This document shows, one piece after another, positions 28,504-38,956 of a stretch of DNA of 64,000 bases. Origin of the DNA: a virus. Location of the stretch: the IMG/VR virus record IMGVR_UViG_3300032272_000002, positions 64,001-128,000 of that record; one strand, 5' to 3'. How positions within the stretch are numbered: the stretch's first letter is position 1; each line of letters starts with the position of its first letter. Under the pieces are notes generated by a model. It did not search any database and was not told the origin of the DNA. It saw only the letters and a program-made list of their open reading frames with translations. The translations under genes were made by a program, and so were the position numbers.

Positions 28504-29153
28504 TATTTATCTGCCTCCTTAGCAGCTAGGAGTTCCTCCTTACGGGCGGAACGCTTAGATTTTTTCTTGGGTGGTAGGGCATTCAAGTAAGACATGGCCG
28601 CACTACCTTCGGCGGTCGTGAATTGTTTCAACTCGAAAATTGAGTTGGCACGGGTCTTGTCTTCTACCACCCTGTTAATGATATCTACCTTTTCAACGCC
28701 ACGCTCATCGCAGAGACGCTCGATTGCGGCAACAATGCTGGACTCCACCGGCTTGTCCGGTGAGGCGTCGAGACTTGTCTCGGCAAAGCCGATCTCCTCT
28801 GCGGAAAGCATGCGAATTCCGAGTGCTTTCCGCAGGCTACGTGCTTCGGCACGAGACTCTGCAACAGCCGTGGGGAAGTTAACGAATGGCTCAGTACAGT
28901 TAGCAGGGCCACAATCAGCAGCACCATCCCACTCAGTACCGTCATCAAAAACAGTGGTATAAATACACTGAACCAGCTTGGGAGATGGCGTCATGATCTG
29001 ACACTTACTCTTAATGATACCGGCTTCCTCCCCCAGTCGTTGTAGCCCCCTGAGTAAAACAACTTGCATCGTCTTACCCTTGTCTTTTCGGTCTGCTACC
29101 TCGTCAGGCTGTAGTTCTTTTTCCCAGTCTGTGTCTTTACGTGTTTTACTCAT
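28503..29153 (-). CDS. putative single-strand annealing protein (Rad52/Sak-like)
   Basis: AVAESRAEARSLRKALGI...AEE resembles the Rad52-superfamily helix motif. Confidence 0.55.
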   Translation of the reverse strand: MSKTRKDTDWEKELQPDEVADRKDKGKTMQVVLLRGLQRLGEEAGIIKSKCQIMTPSPKLVQCIYTTVFDDGTEWDGAADCGPANCTEPFVNFPTAVAESRAEARSLRKALGIRMLSAEEIGFAETSLDASPDKPVESSIVAAIERLCDERGVEKVDIINRVVEDKTRANSIFELKQFTTAEGSAAMSYLNALPPKKKSKRSARKEELLAAKEADK

Positions 29154-29884
29154 GATTGAATAGTCTTAGATTTTCCTTTAAAGGATTTGATTTCGTCATA
29201 CACACGCTGGCATCTTGCTCTTGAAAGTGAATTAGAAATCTGCTCCACAATAAGGACTCTGTATTTGACGGCGTTGAGGTCTCCTGCGAGACGCTCGTAT
29301 CGTGCATTAAGTTTTTCTTGAGCCTCGGGTCCGTATACGGAGACGGGCGGCACCAGCTCGATTACCACCCGTTCCTTCTGGAGTATAATGTCAGAAACAT
29401 GCCCTGGTGTCAAGCTACTACTGGAAGTTACTTCGTGTCCATGCTCGGTTAAAAACTCAGCTAGAAGCGTGCCGAATTTGGACAAGCTACCCGCCTTGGG
29501 ACGGGGTGCATCTCGAAGCTGTGACATTTTAGCACGGCGGCCTTTTCCAGTGGCCTGTTTCCACTCGGCACGCCGTAAATTAGCCAACTTCTCCTTTTGT
29601 TTCTCGCCATCATTCGAGTCCCAATATTCCCTTGAAGAAGTAGAGATCTTATTCTTCACATCGTCAGAATGTGTGCTACCAAGTCGTTGGTGGCCAGACT
29701 TTTCAATATGAAGTTTTTGAGCCTCACTCCGTGAGCGACGTTTGACGCCAAGCTTACGCATATGATAATATAACGTAGACTTGGCCATCTTTAGATGGTC
29801 AGCCATCTCACCAACTGACATTTTGTCTGCCAGTTGTTCAAGGTATTCCTTACTAAACTGCATTACTTCCGTAGTGTGTCCCAA
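29150..29884 (-). CDS. HTH/NUMOD3-like DNA-binding protein with degenerate Vsr/DUF559-like C-terminus
   Basis: HTH MSVGEMADHLKMAKSTLYYHM; HSDDVKNKIS; SDIIL..RVVIEL. Confidence 0.55.
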   Translation of the reverse strand: MGHTTEVMQFSKEYLEQLADKMSVGEMADHLKMAKSTLYYHMRKLGVKRRSRSEAQKLHIEKSGHQRLGSTHSDDVKNKISTSSREYWDSNDGEKQKEKLANLRRAEWKQATGKGRRAKMSQLRDAPRPKAGSLSKFGTLLAEFLTEHGHEVTSSSSLTPGHVSDIILQKERVVIELVPPVSVYGPEAQEKLNARYERLAGDLNAVKYRVLIVEQISNSLSRARCQRVYDEIKSFKGKSKTIQS

Positions 29885-30471
29885 TTTAACCTTACTCCGA
29901 GACGTTCAGCTTCGGACTTCAGTTCGCGGGCACTGGCGTTGTACTTTTGAATACAAAAATTAATACCACGGTTCACGAGGTCATTCTTATATGAAGAAAT
30001 GATATCGGCATCAAAGGAGTCGCGGCCATCTAGCTCTAGACGCCAATCCATAATGGTGGTACGTTGGGCGACCGACTCTTCCTGTTGTTTGTCGAACAGG
30101 CGTTGGCGATCCGCATCTTCTTGACGAACCATGTCGCCGTCAAGATCCGCACGATTGGCTGCACGCTTAGCTGCGGCGGCCTCCCTCTTCTTATTTTCTA
30201 ATTCCTCCAGGCGTCGTTGTGCGACAGCCTCAGCTTCCCGCTGCTTCTGAATGTTCTCACGAATACGTGCTTGGACGGACTCCTCTGTCTCGGTGGCTAA
30301 TCGCCTCAGAGCACGACGAGCGTCGTCAGGGTTTTCTACTCCTAATTGTTCTTTCAGAGCGTCTACCTCACGGGGAGATAGGTTCAGCTCACGCTGGAAG
30401 TACACGGGTGAGCGTACCTCTGATACGAGTTGAAAAAATCTTTCCTTCTGTCTTAATGTTAGTTCTTCCAT
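29863..30471 (-). CDS. hypothetical coiled-coil protein
   Basis: GGAGG SD; charged helical sequence. Confidence 0.75.
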   Translation of the reverse strand: MEELTLRQKERFFQLVSEVRSPVYFQRELNLSPREVDALKEQLGVENPDDARRALRRLATETEESVQARIRENIQKQREAEAVAQRRLEELENKKREAAAAKRAANRADLDGDMVRQEDADRQRLFDKQQEESVAQRTTIMDWRLELDGRDSFDADIISSYKNDLVNRGINFCIQKYNASARELKSEAERLGVRLNWDTLRK

Positions 30472-30479
30472 ATTTCCTC

Positions 30480-31565
30480 CTAGCCGACAAATTCGTCAGC
30501 CTTTCTAAAAAAGGCGGGATCGGGTGACTGTAAGTGATGGTCATATCGACACATCTTATCGACTAATTCGTCGAATTGACACTCCGGTTTCCAGCCTAAT
30601 AGGTCTTCGGCCTTACGTGGATCACCCAGTAATACGTCAATGTCTTTTGGACGCATAAATGCGGGGTTGATCTCAAGTACTTCATTGGGGTCTAGCTCAA
30701 ACCAACGGCATGCCGCCTCGTAAAATTTACGAACGGAATGAGTATTACCAGTAGCAATTACGAAGTCGTCTGGCTCGTCGGTTTGCAACATTAAGTGCAT
30801 AGCCTTTACGTAATCACCAGAGAATCCCCAGTCTCGACAAGCATCCATATTGCCAAGCTGAATCTTGTCTTGCAGGCCCCACTTAATACGTGCAAGTTGG
30901 CTCGTAATCTTTCGCGTGACGAAATTTTCGCCACGCAAAGGGCTTTCGTGGTTGAACAGGATGCCAGTCACGGCGAACATATCAAATGAACGACGATAGC
31001 ATGATGTCATATTAAAACCAAACACCTTCGCTACCGCATAGGGTGACTCAGGTGCCATGGTTGAGGTCTCACTAAGCTTTACCGTGCCTTGTTCTGGTTG
31101 AACCCCCATGCCGCGATAACCGACACCAGGAACATAGGCCCTTTCGTTGCCCGTGGGGAGCGAGTTGCCAAACTGCTCACTGCTACCAGCCTGGTAGAAC
31201 TTACAGTCTGGCTTAGTCTGGCGAATAGCCTCAAGGCAGTTCAGCACGCCAAGTCCGGTAATGTCGGCAGTAGATACTGGATATTCCCACGATAATGCTA
31301 CGTGCGACTGTGCCGCCAGATGATAAAATTCATCTGGTTGAAATTTAGAGACCACCGCCTGGATGCTGGGAAGGTCAGTAATGTCTCCGTGTACTAGATG
31401 TAGGTTGGGACTGCCTTTTAGGGTACGCAGTCTAATATCACTAGGTGTAGATGTCCTACGAATAATACCGACGACACGATACCCTAGATCGAGAAGGTGT
31501 CTCGTTAAATAAAAGCCATCCTGGCCAGTGATTCCAGTGATGACTGCTGTCTTGCTATTTTCCAT
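30480..31565 (-). CDS. gmd: GDP-mannose 4,6-dehydratase
   Basis: ITGITGQDG, LAAQSHV, SSE, SPYAVAK, FNHESPLRG..FVTRKI, RDWG. Confidence 0.96.
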   Translation of the reverse strand: MENSKTAVITGITGQDGFYLTRHLLDLGYRVVGIIRRTSTPSDIRLRTLKGSPNLHLVHGDITDLPSIQAVVSKFQPDEFYHLAAQSHVALSWEYPVSTADITGLGVLNCLEAIRQTKPDCKFYQAGSSEQFGNSLPTGNERAYVPGVGYRGMGVQPEQGTVKLSETSTMAPESPYAVAKVFGFNMTSCYRRSFDMFAVTGILFNHESPLRGENFVTRKITSQLARIKWGLQDKIQLGNMDACRDWGFSGDYVKAMHLMLQTDEPDDFVIATGNTHSVRKFYEAACRWFELDPNEVLEINPAFMRPKDIDVLLGDPRKAEDLLGWKPECQFDELVDKMCRYDHHLQSPDPAFFRKADEFVG

Positions 31566-32484
31566 GTGCTCTATACCACTCAATTGTTTTACTCAAACCC
31601 TCTTCGAGAGAGACTCGCGGTTCCCACCGCAATACATTACTTGCACGAGTGATATCGAGGCTGCGTCTAGGTTGTCCATCAGGGTTCCGATTGTCAAATA
31701 AGATCTCAGCATCATATCCTCCTACCTTCTTTACTAACTCCGCAAGATCGCGGATACTTATTTCTTGTCCCGTACCAATATTGATAGGCTCTGGCCCTGT
31801 GTTCTTATTAAGAGAGATAGAAATAGCTCTTGCAAGGTCGCTCGCATGGAGGAACTCGCGGGACGCTTTGCCGCTGCCCCACAAATTCACACACGTAGGC
31901 GACGGGACACCGTTCGGTGATTGGTCTGGATTCTCAAACTTCGCAATCAGTGCTGGAATGACATGACTACTATACAGGTCAAAATGGTCAAACTCTCCGT
32001 ACATGTTAGCAGGGAGTAGGTTAGTGACCTCAAGCCCGTACTGCACATGATAAGCTCTTGCCATTTCCATAATGGTTTTCTTGGCGATTCCGTATGGTGC
32101 ATTGGTTTCCTCCGGGTAACCTGACCAAAGGTCAGACTCTACGAACGGAACGTTCGTGAATTTAGGATAGGCACATACTGTGCCCAGATTGACAACCTTA
32201 TTGATACGTGCAAAACGAGCAATTTCAAGCACGTTGACGCCCATCTGCAAATTCTCATAGATGAATTTACCTGGATTGTCTTTATTGATGCCGATGCCGC
32301 CGCAGGTTGCGGCAAGATGAACTATAGCGTCCACGTTTGAACGCAGAACAAACTCGGCTGCCCGTGAGCCATTAAGTAAATTCAGCTCTTTAGAGGTGGG
32401 CGTAACCAGCTCGTGCTCATCCTGTAGTTCTGGCACTACGTGTTGACCAACAAAGCCGTGTGCTCCGGTAATTAATACTCTCAT
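31555..32484 (-). CDS. fcl: GDP-L-fucose synthase
   Basis: GAHGFVG, HLAA..GGIG.N, CAYPK, YGIAK, SHVIPALI, REFLH, DGQPRR. Confidence 0.95.
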   Translation of the reverse strand: MRVLITGAHGFVGQHVVPELQDEHELVTPTSKELNLLNGSRAAEFVLRSNVDAIVHLAATCGGIGINKDNPGKFIYENLQMGVNVLEIARFARINKVVNLGTVCAYPKFTNVPFVESDLWSGYPEETNAPYGIAKKTIMEMARAYHVQYGLEVTNLLPANMYGEFDHFDLYSSHVIPALIAKFENPDQSPNGVPSPTCVNLWGSGKASREFLHASDLARAISISLNKNTGPEPINIGTGQEISIRDLAELVKKVGGYDAEILFDNRNPDGQPRRSLDITRASNVLRWEPRVSLEEGLSKTIEWYRAHGK

Positions 32485-32936
32485 TTATTATATCTATCTA
32501 CATAGTCCGTGCAAATTGCTACGGCTTTAGTTAAGTCCCACTCGGGATGCAATTCCGGCAGGACGGCAATACCTCTTTGCTCGGGAATAGGCTTGCCTGG
32601 ATACACCCACGCAAAACCATTGCTCGTCAAAGTCATGTCGTCCTCTTGATGCCAGAAGAATACGGTTGGTGCATCACCCAGGAACGCTTGAAGGGCACTA
32701 ATTGCCTCAACGTTCTTACAGTGGATCCAGAGGCCCCTTTTACTCAGCCACCCCATATCTACGAGGTGTAATGGCTCATCATGACCCAAGAAGAACTCGC
32801 CATCAATAAACCACAAATCGATTTCTACGTGACAACCCCTCTCAAGAGCCGCTTCGACGTATTTCGGGCTGTTTTCCTCATTTGGGTTGGGGCCGTAGAT
32901 ATTTCCACGGTGAGAGATTAAAAGCTTATCGCTCAT
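32481..32936 (-). CDS. glycerophosphodiester phosphodiesterase-like protein
   Basis: ISHRGN, EIDLW, LGHD, WIHCKN, ICTD. Confidence 0.75.
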   Translation of the reverse strand: MSDKLLISHRGNIYGPNPNEENSPKYVEAALERGCHVEIDLWFIDGEFFLGHDEPLHLVDMGWLSKRGLWIHCKNVEAISALQAFLGDAPTVFFWHQEDDMTLTSNGFAWVYPGKPIPEQRGIAVLPELHPEWDLTKAVAICTDYVDRYNK

Positions 32937-33672
32937 AGCCTAGCAGTTCCGTTAGGTTGCTCGTTTTGTCATAGTAATAGTCGAGCACCGAGTCGGGCAT
33001 CTCTCGCCAGGTCCCAGTCTTGCCAGTACGGAAGTGCGAGTCTTTCTGTTCTTCGCCCTTCACTCTACCGCCAGATAGTTTCTCAAATGAAAACGTCTCC
33101 GACAGTATCTCAAAATCTTGATACGGCACGGAGACATCAATCCACTCGAAGAGATCTAGGAGATTAGTAGTCCAATCTTCAGTAAAAAAAAGTTCACTAT
33201 TGTAAAATTTGATACGCTCATCATCGCAGTCTTCCATCCAGCTACGCATCGCGTCAAATTTGCCCAGACGATCACCCAGCTCATCAATCGTCCACATCAA
33301 GCCGTCCTCAAAACTCAGTGAGGCAATCTTCTCACGGTTGGGATGACCACCGATATGGTTCTTGCCCCAGGACCAGTACGTGGAGACGATGATCTCCCTG
33401 GGGTCCTTATAGAAGTAGAATCCTTTATAGTCTTCTGTCTTCTGGTGTTGTAGAAAGCTCTTGTAATCACAATAGATATTAGATACGATGGCCGGGTGCG
33501 GCATCCGAACTAAGGTCTGCTTGGTGTAGTTCTCATATACCTGCCGCTTGAGGTCCGTCTCGTAATGGTAGACGGGGAGCGGATGGTTACGGAGGAACGC
33601 CGGGTGTCGGAAGAGATCCCGAAACCAAGTGCTCGCCGCCTTGTGAACCGTGCAGTGATAAATACTATGCAT
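32926..33672 (-). CDS. PAPS-dependent sulfotransferase
   Basis: 5'-PSB HKAASTW, 3'-PB KDPREIIVS, C-terminal HFRTGKTGTW. Confidence 0.85.
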   Translation of the reverse strand: MHSIYHCTVHKAASTWFRDLFRHPAFLRNHPLPVYHYETDLKRQVYENYTKQTLVRMPHPAIVSNIYCDYKSFLQHQKTEDYKGFYFYKDPREIIVSTYWSWGKNHIGGHPNREKIASLSFEDGLMWTIDELGDRLGKFDAMRSWMEDCDDERIKFYNSELFFTEDWTTNLLDLFEWIDVSVPYQDFEILSETFSFEKLSGGRVKGEEQKDSHFRTGKTGTWREMPDSVLDYYYDKTSNLTELLGYER

Positions 33673-34369
33673 TGTAGATGTAGCCGAGATTATAGCCGCC
33701 GCGTTGGCTGCCAGGAATATAGCGGCACTGCGGAGGTACCGTCCATGATTTACCGAAAGTTTCTACCAGGAAATTCTCTACATTCTCGGAGAAGCAGTGA
33801 ACGTCATGGAAGAAGACGGCATATCTGTCGTCGAGGAAAGGAAGAATGGAATTGACATCTGCGATGATCGCCTCGTCATAGTGGAGGGCGTCGATAAAAA
33901 CAAAGTCCAATTTCTCTTGTCCAAAGACTCCAGTAATCGCACCAGCAGTGTCGTCTGGACTCCAGCCGACCACTGGTATAATAATGTCATCCAAATCAAA
34001 TGCGTCAATCAAAAACTGCATAGATTTGTACCCATCTGCGTCTTTATAGGTAGCTTTTTTAGATCGGTAGGCAGCACAGTCGTTGTATTGCTCTTCGATA
34101 TAAGCATCCATCGTGACCATCTTGCCGCCCGTCTCTTTCAAGCCTAAGCCGAAAGCTGTAGCGGAGATTCCGAACGCCGTAGCGATCTCATACCCTCTCT
34201 TTAAATTATGTTCAATGACAAAATTCTTGATGAAGGTGAACTCGTCGTTCTTAATCGACAAGGGCATATTGTGGTTAGACATACGCAGGCTACCGTTTTC
34301 TGGCAGATATTTAATCTCTGCATCATCAGCGATAGCACGAGCATGAATGTCTCGCAAGTAATTATCCAT
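33665..34369 (-). CDS. class I SAM-dependent methyltransferase (Methyltransf_24-like)
   Basis: EIATAFGISA, DFVFIDALH.Y, FHD. Confidence 0.85.
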   Translation of the reverse strand: MDNYLRDIHARAIADDAEIKYLPENGSLRMSNHNMPLSIKNDEFTFIKNFVIEHNLKRGYEIATAFGISATAFGLGLKETGGKMVTMDAYIEEQYNDCAAYRSKKATYKDADGYKSMQFLIDAFDLDDIIIPVVGWSPDDTAGAITGVFGQEKLDFVFIDALHYDEAIIADVNSILPFLDDRYAVFFHDVHCFSENVENFLVETFGKSWTVPPQCRYIPGSQRGGYNLGYIYNA

Positions 34370-35072
34370 GGGTCAAAAATACCTCTAGATCTTCTGGGGT
34401 TCCTAGTCCCAACATACGATCAACAAAGAAAGGCAACACGATGTCACCTTGTTCAATCATTTCATTAAAGACGGGAGCAATATAGAACTCACCGTTCGTA
34501 CGAATGTCTTTCGCAATCATCGCTTCCGCCGCTCTGACAAAACGTAGCCCACTACGAAAATAATACAGGCCACATGTAGCAACATTAGAAATAGGCCGTT
34601 TCTCAGCCACTTCAACAACTTCAAGCTTCTCGTCCAGCCGAGCAAAACTCCACTTAGGATGACAAGCATTGAAAGAAAAAATAATACCGTCAACGTCTCC
34701 ATGGCGTCTCATCACCTCGAAGTTGCGTTTGTCATACTGCACAAACTGGTCAGAATTAGCAATAATCAATGGCTGATGGTCGCCAATGATGTCCTTGGCA
34801 AGCAATGCTGTACACGCCGCCCCTTCGGTCAGCTCTTCTACCGGCACAACTGTTGCACGACCGTTGGTCATGTGTTGTAGCGTATCTAATAGCTCATACT
34901 TTTGTAGGTGCTCTGTTCGACACAGAAACACATACTCATCACACTCGGGCAGCGTATCAATCACCACCTGAATCATAGGCTTTCCTTTAACGTCAATAAG
35001 AGGCTTAGGGAAGGTGTATCCCTTCTCCGCAAACCTACTACCTTCACCGGCCATCGGAATCAATGCTCGCAT
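34362..35072 (-). CDS. sugar-phosphate nucleotidyltransferase
   Basis: IPMAGEGSRF...PKPLI, TEGAA.T, AEKRPIS, GEFYIAP, LGTPEDL. Confidence 0.9.
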   Translation of the reverse strand: MRALIPMAGEGSRFAEKGYTFPKPLIDVKGKPMIQVVIDTLPECDEYVFLCRTEHLQKYELLDTLQHMTNGRATVVPVEELTEGAACTALLAKDIIGDHQPLIIANSDQFVQYDKRNFEVMRRHGDVDGIIFSFNACHPKWSFARLDEKLEVVEVAEKRPISNVATCGLYYFRSGLRFVRAAEAMIAKDIRTNGEFYIAPVFNEMIEQGDIVLPFFVDRMLGLGTPEDLEVFLTHG

Positions 35073-35682
35073 GTTTCAATACCTCCGCAATATTTTTCCA
35101 CGTCACTTCGTGTGGCCCTTGAACGTGCCAGATGTGGGCTCCGGTAGCTTGTGCCGCCTCTAGCCCCTTGCTTGAATCTTCTACAATTACTGTGTGCTCT
35201 GGCAAGAGGCCGAACTCACTCATTCCCTTCCAATACCCCTCAGGGTGAGGCTTGGGACAATGTACGTCCTCATTACTGATTACACACTCCATGGCTCCCC
35301 ATAAGTCAGTGGCGGTTAAGAGCTGCTCAGCATTAGATCTAGTTGAATTAGTAACGCAACCAATGCGATAGCCGTCAGCCCTCAATACGTCTAGCATGAG
35401 ACGCTTCTTGCGGTCTCTTTTAATCGTATCTTCAATGAGTACCCTAGTAAGCATTTGCTTTTTATCAGAGATAGCATCAACATCTGCCTCGCTGATGTCG
35501 CCCCTGCTGACTAGCATCGATAACTTCTTGCGTGTTGGTAGTCCGTTCAGTTGAATATCATGAAAGTCGTCCGTGATAGTAAAGCCGCCAATTTCTTTGA
35601 CCGCCTGAAGGAATGCCTGTTTGTGTAGTTCAACAGCGTCCACCAAAACGCCATCAAGATCGAAAAGAATAAGCTTAATCAT
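35044..35682 (-). CDS. HAD-family phosphatase
   Basis: FDLDGVLVD, VTNS, KPHPEGY, VEDS; start moved to ATG 35682. Confidence 0.9.
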   Translation of the reverse strand: MIKLILFDLDGVLVDAVELHKQAFLQAVKEIGGFTITDDFHDIQLNGLPTRKKLSMLVSRGDISEADVDAISDKKQMLTRVLIEDTIKRDRKKRLMLDVLRADGYRIGCVTNSTRSNAEQLLTATDLWGAMECVISNEDVHCPKPHPEGYWKGMSEFGLLPEHTVIVEDSSKGLEAAQATGAHIWHVQGPHEVTWKNIAEVLKHASIDSDGR

Positions 35683-36392
35683 AACTGCGGCAACCTCTCC
35701 CAAGGTGCGGGGTCTTTCTGCTTGAGGAATTTCACAGACGAATTGGCATTCATCTTGAAGACCTCTGGTCCATACTTGGCATAGGCGAGGCGAGACCACT
35801 GTACGTCTTCTCCCTGTCCCCATACTCTGTTTTCATCCAGCGGAATCTCAAGCATGACTGACTTTTTGGCACAGAAATATGCACCAGAATAGTACTGCCA
35901 ACGTTCGTGTCCCGTTGTGCCATAACGCATCAACATGCCGGGTGGGTGTTCCTTAGGTGGCTCCTCTTTGTCAATCGGCGGCTTCATCCAGGCGTCATTA
36001 TAGATAACGCACCAATCACGGAACCTGCTGCCGTTCGCATTCTGAACGCACGTCATACAGGTCAGCCACTCTTCTCCAAACTCTTCGAATCCAGCCAGCC
36101 ACCCAGGCTGTAGAGCCACATAGTCATGCAGATAACAAATATTGTCATGGTCTGCATACCCAGTGATTAGATTCTTCTTGCGTGTAATCCACCCATCTTT
36201 TTTCTTTTCATCAAAAGGAACATGGAATACATTACCTACGACGTTGACTAATGCTTCGTGGTCTTCGCCCTCTTTTTCGCCGCCAACTACGATAATTTGG
36301 TGTTCGGGCACTTCCTCAACAATAGAGCGAATCACTTCGAGCAAGCGAGCCTGTTCTGTCCCTGTAGTGATAATACCGAACGTCCACTTCAT
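35679..36392 (-). CDS. GT-A fold glycosyltransferase-like protein
   Basis: FGIIT, WITRKKN, LHDY, GEDV.WS. Confidence 0.7.
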   Translation of the reverse strand: MKWTFGIITTGTEQARLLEVIRSIVEEVPEHQIIVVGGEKEGEDHEALVNVVGNVFHVPFDEKKKDGWITRKKNLITGYADHDNICYLHDYVALQPGWLAGFEEFGEEWLTCMTCVQNANGSRFRDWCVIYNDAWMKPPIDKEEPPKEHPPGMLMRYGTTGHERWQYYSGAYFCAKKSVMLEIPLDENRVWGQGEDVQWSRLAYAKYGPEVFKMNANSSVKFLKQKDPAPWERLPQL

Positions 36393-36664
36393 AATGCACC
36401 GTCTAAATTAAACGACTCGATGCCGCTATTATTTGGTTCTTGATAGAACTTGGCATGCCACTCGCCAATGATGTCAAATTGATATCTGTCCAAGAATCTA
36501 AGCATAGAGGTTGTGTCTTTGCGGCCAGAGATTTCCCCGAAGTCCATATGGAACCTCATCCATAGGTTGCCAACCTTCCAAAGACTAAACTGCCTGTGCA
36601 TATTACCCCTGGGTCGTCTAGCTCTTACAATGATTCCATTCTTCAGATCTTTATCAGTAATCAT
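36389..36664 (-). CDS. hypothetical protein with C-terminal FxLxGAL tag
   Basis: ends GIESFNLDGAL*; ATGA overlaps at both ends. Confidence 0.75.
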   Translation of the reverse strand: MITDKDLKNGIIVRARRPRGNMHRQFSLWKVGNLWMRFHMDFGEISGRKDTTSMLRFLDRYQFDIIGEWHAKFYQEPNNSGIESFNLDGAL

Positions 36665-37311
36665 TTTTGTAGGCGTACGATCAAGTCGTGATGTGCCGCT
36701 CCTGGTGTGGGAATAATCTCACTTGTCATGCGAACACCAAGCTCTGCGAAGAAAACCTGTAGCTTTTGCCAACTGTAAGAATTCCAGAAGTGTGTAACCT
36801 CGGGATGTCCTTCAACGTTCGAGCTTCGCTCTTCGATGATGTCTTCTGCTCCGTTGTGGGGGTGTAGAAAGAACACAATAATCAGCTCGGTCTTGGCAAC
36901 CTCAAGTGCCTGTCTGATAGTCTCCTGGTATTCTCCAGCGTGAATGTGCTCTAGTAGGTGGCGTATCAACACCACGTCAAAAGAGTCGCTCTCGAACTTC
37001 TCAGTCAATTCCTGACAGAAGCCTTGCTCCATTCGTGCTTCGGGATATTTCTCGGCAGCAATATCCACGAACTGCTGGGTAAGATCAAAGCCGGTGTACT
37101 GATGCTCAACGTTCATGGCCTTCCAGCACTCGTGGTTGACAGCGGTGCCACAGGCCACATCAAGTACCCTGGGATTCTCATAGGAGGCTAAAATTTGCCC
37201 CAAACGCTGGCGACCAAAGTTGTCAATGCCCGTGCGGTGATTACGTAGGAAATTCGCCGCATGTTCTGCGGTGAAAAAGTCATGGTCGTTGCTGTGTGTC
37301 TTATAGCTCAT
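36661..37311 (-). CDS. class I SAM-dependent methyltransferase
   Basis: VLDVACGT, YTGFD, SFDVV..RHLLEH. Confidence 0.88.
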   Translation of the reverse strand: MSYKTHSNDHDFFTAEHAANFLRNHRTGIDNFGRQRLGQILASYENPRVLDVACGTAVNHECWKAMNVEHQYTGFDLTQQFVDIAAEKYPEARMEQGFCQELTEKFESDSFDVVLIRHLLEHIHAGEYQETIRQALEVAKTELIIVFFLHPHNGAEDIIEERSSNVEGHPEVTHFWNSYSWQKLQVFFAELGVRMTSEIIPTPGAAHHDLIVRLQK

Positions 37312-38294
37312 AGTAGCCCAAGCTCTCCAAAAATATGTTGGAAACGATGTTCCCATTGGTGCTCTTTGAGCATGCGTTCGCGGCCCGCCTTCGCAATAGC
37401 CTCACGCTCATCTTCGTGTTCAAGATAGTATCTACTCTTCTCAATAATCTCTTCCGCACTTCTGACAACGACGATCTCTTTGTCTGGTACAAAGTAGGAC
37501 TCTAGGTCGTCAGCAGGAGTTGTCAGTTGAAACTGCCCAGTCTGTGGGATTTCAAAGTGACGCCCCTTGATCTGAGGCATGGTGCCATAGTGCCAGGGGT
37601 TAGCAATGTTCAGGCAAATCTTAGAGCTATTAAAAACATCTACCACACGCTGGAAGTGCGTCAAGTAACCTTGCCAGTTGTCGTAGCCATCCCAGTAATT
37701 ACCAAAGAGGTCAATGTCTAGACCGGCTGCCATAATGGCATCAATAACTTCAGCACGCACAAACTTCATGCCTTCGGCTGTTTGGTGTTGGCCGTGTTTT
37801 TGACCAATAAAGCTGAGATCGTGTACCTTCTCTGTGCCAGGCACATGCTGGTAGAACGGCGACCCCGCCCATTGAGACTTGATAGCATTCATGCCGCATT
37901 TTTCATACCATGGTAGCGTAGCCGAGTGCGTAGTCACAAAATGAGAGACGCGATCCTTGCGTTGCTTGATCCAGTTCCCAAAACGCCAGCTCGTATCACA
38001 GTCCCACTGAATGACAGGTATGTCTTTCTTAAGTGCAAACTTAGCCACTGGCTCGGGAAGGTCTAATGACTCATTAAATGCAACATGAAAGACTGCATCG
38101 ATATTTCCATCGATAATAAACTCTAGACCAGACTGATGAGTATTCTGACAGGCATCAGGATATAGGAAGCTAGCTTCGAAAAGTCCTTTATCCACACAGT
38201 TATGAAAACCAGCCTCTAGGTTGTGATGCTCGTAAGAGAACCCTTCCTCTTCTTTGCCGTAATTATACAGTAATCCTACGTATAGTACTCTCAT
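37308..38294 (-). CDS. CgeB-like GT-B glycosyltransferase
   Basis: DLSFIG, SKICLN, KGRHFEI, KEHQWEHR. Confidence 0.85.
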   Translation of the reverse strand: MRVLYVGLLYNYGKEEEGFSYEHHNLEAGFHNCVDKGLFEASFLYPDACQNTHQSGLEFIIDGNIDAVFHVAFNESLDLPEPVAKFALKKDIPVIQWDCDTSWRFGNWIKQRKDRVSHFVTTHSATLPWYEKCGMNAIKSQWAGSPFYQHVPGTEKVHDLSFIGQKHGQHQTAEGMKFVRAEVIDAIMAAGLDIDLFGNYWDGYDNWQGYLTHFQRVVDVFNSSKICLNIANPWHYGTMPQIKGRHFEIPQTGQFQLTTPADDLESYFVPDKEIVVVRSAEEIIEKSRYYLEHEDEREAIAKAGRERMLKEHQWEHRFQHIFGELGLL

Positions 38295-38956
38295 CGTGGT
38301 ACGCTCGTGTTAGCTGTCCAGACATATAATCTCTCTGGAATATTATGGAAAGTAAAACCACCCTGCATGAGCTTCATCCAGGTTGCCCAATCTTCTTTGC
38401 CCAGCATGTCCTGGCTGGTTACGTAACCGCCAACGTGAGTTAATGCAGAGCGACGAATCATAAGGCTGCCGTGACACATGATGTTCTCATGCGAAAGACG
38501 CTCTTGAATTTGTGCGTGCCTCTCATACTGGCCAGGCTTGAAGCAAGACGGCTCCATATGTGTGCCGATTCGATCCCACGCCAGCGTGCCACACACGTCC
38601 ACGTCAGGATTGTTCATTAAAAACTGACGCTGAAACTCCATCTTACACGGCATGTATTCGTCATCAGCGTCTAGGAATGCTACCCAGTCCCCCGTGCAAT
38701 GTTGCAGCCCGAAGTTCTTAGCCTTAGCCAAGCCCTCTTTTTTAGGCCGCTCCCAGTATGTAATAGACAAGCTCTCCAGAAAATCAGTTATCACTAACTC
38801 GGTATGCTCCCAGCACTCGTCTAGCACAATGATGGTTTCAAAGTCGCCAAACGATTGATTGGCCAGAGACGCCAAGGCACCGTGTAGGAGATCGTCATGT
38901 AGTTCATCTTGACTGTGAACACAGATCAAGACACTAATCTTATCATTACGCTTCAT
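38291..38956 (-). CDS. glycosyltransferase family 2
   Basis: ISVLI, GLAKAKNFGL, AFLDADD, EDW. Confidence 0.9.
   Translation of the reverse strand: MKRNDKISVLICVHSQDELHDDLLHGALASLANQSFGDFETIIVLDECWEHTELVITDFLESLSITYWERPKKEGLAKAKNFGLQHCTGDWVAFLDADDEYMPCKMEFQRQFLMNNPDVDVCGTLAWDRIGTHMEPSCFKPGQYERHAQIQERLSHENIMCHGSLMIRRSALTHVGGYVTSQDMLGKEDWATWMKLMQGGFTFHNIPERLYVWTANTSVPR

Noticed and set aside
29150-29884. Active homing endonuclease / mobile element
   Set aside because: It has NUMOD3/HTH-like parts, but the nuclease motif looks degenerate and no insertion signature is visible.
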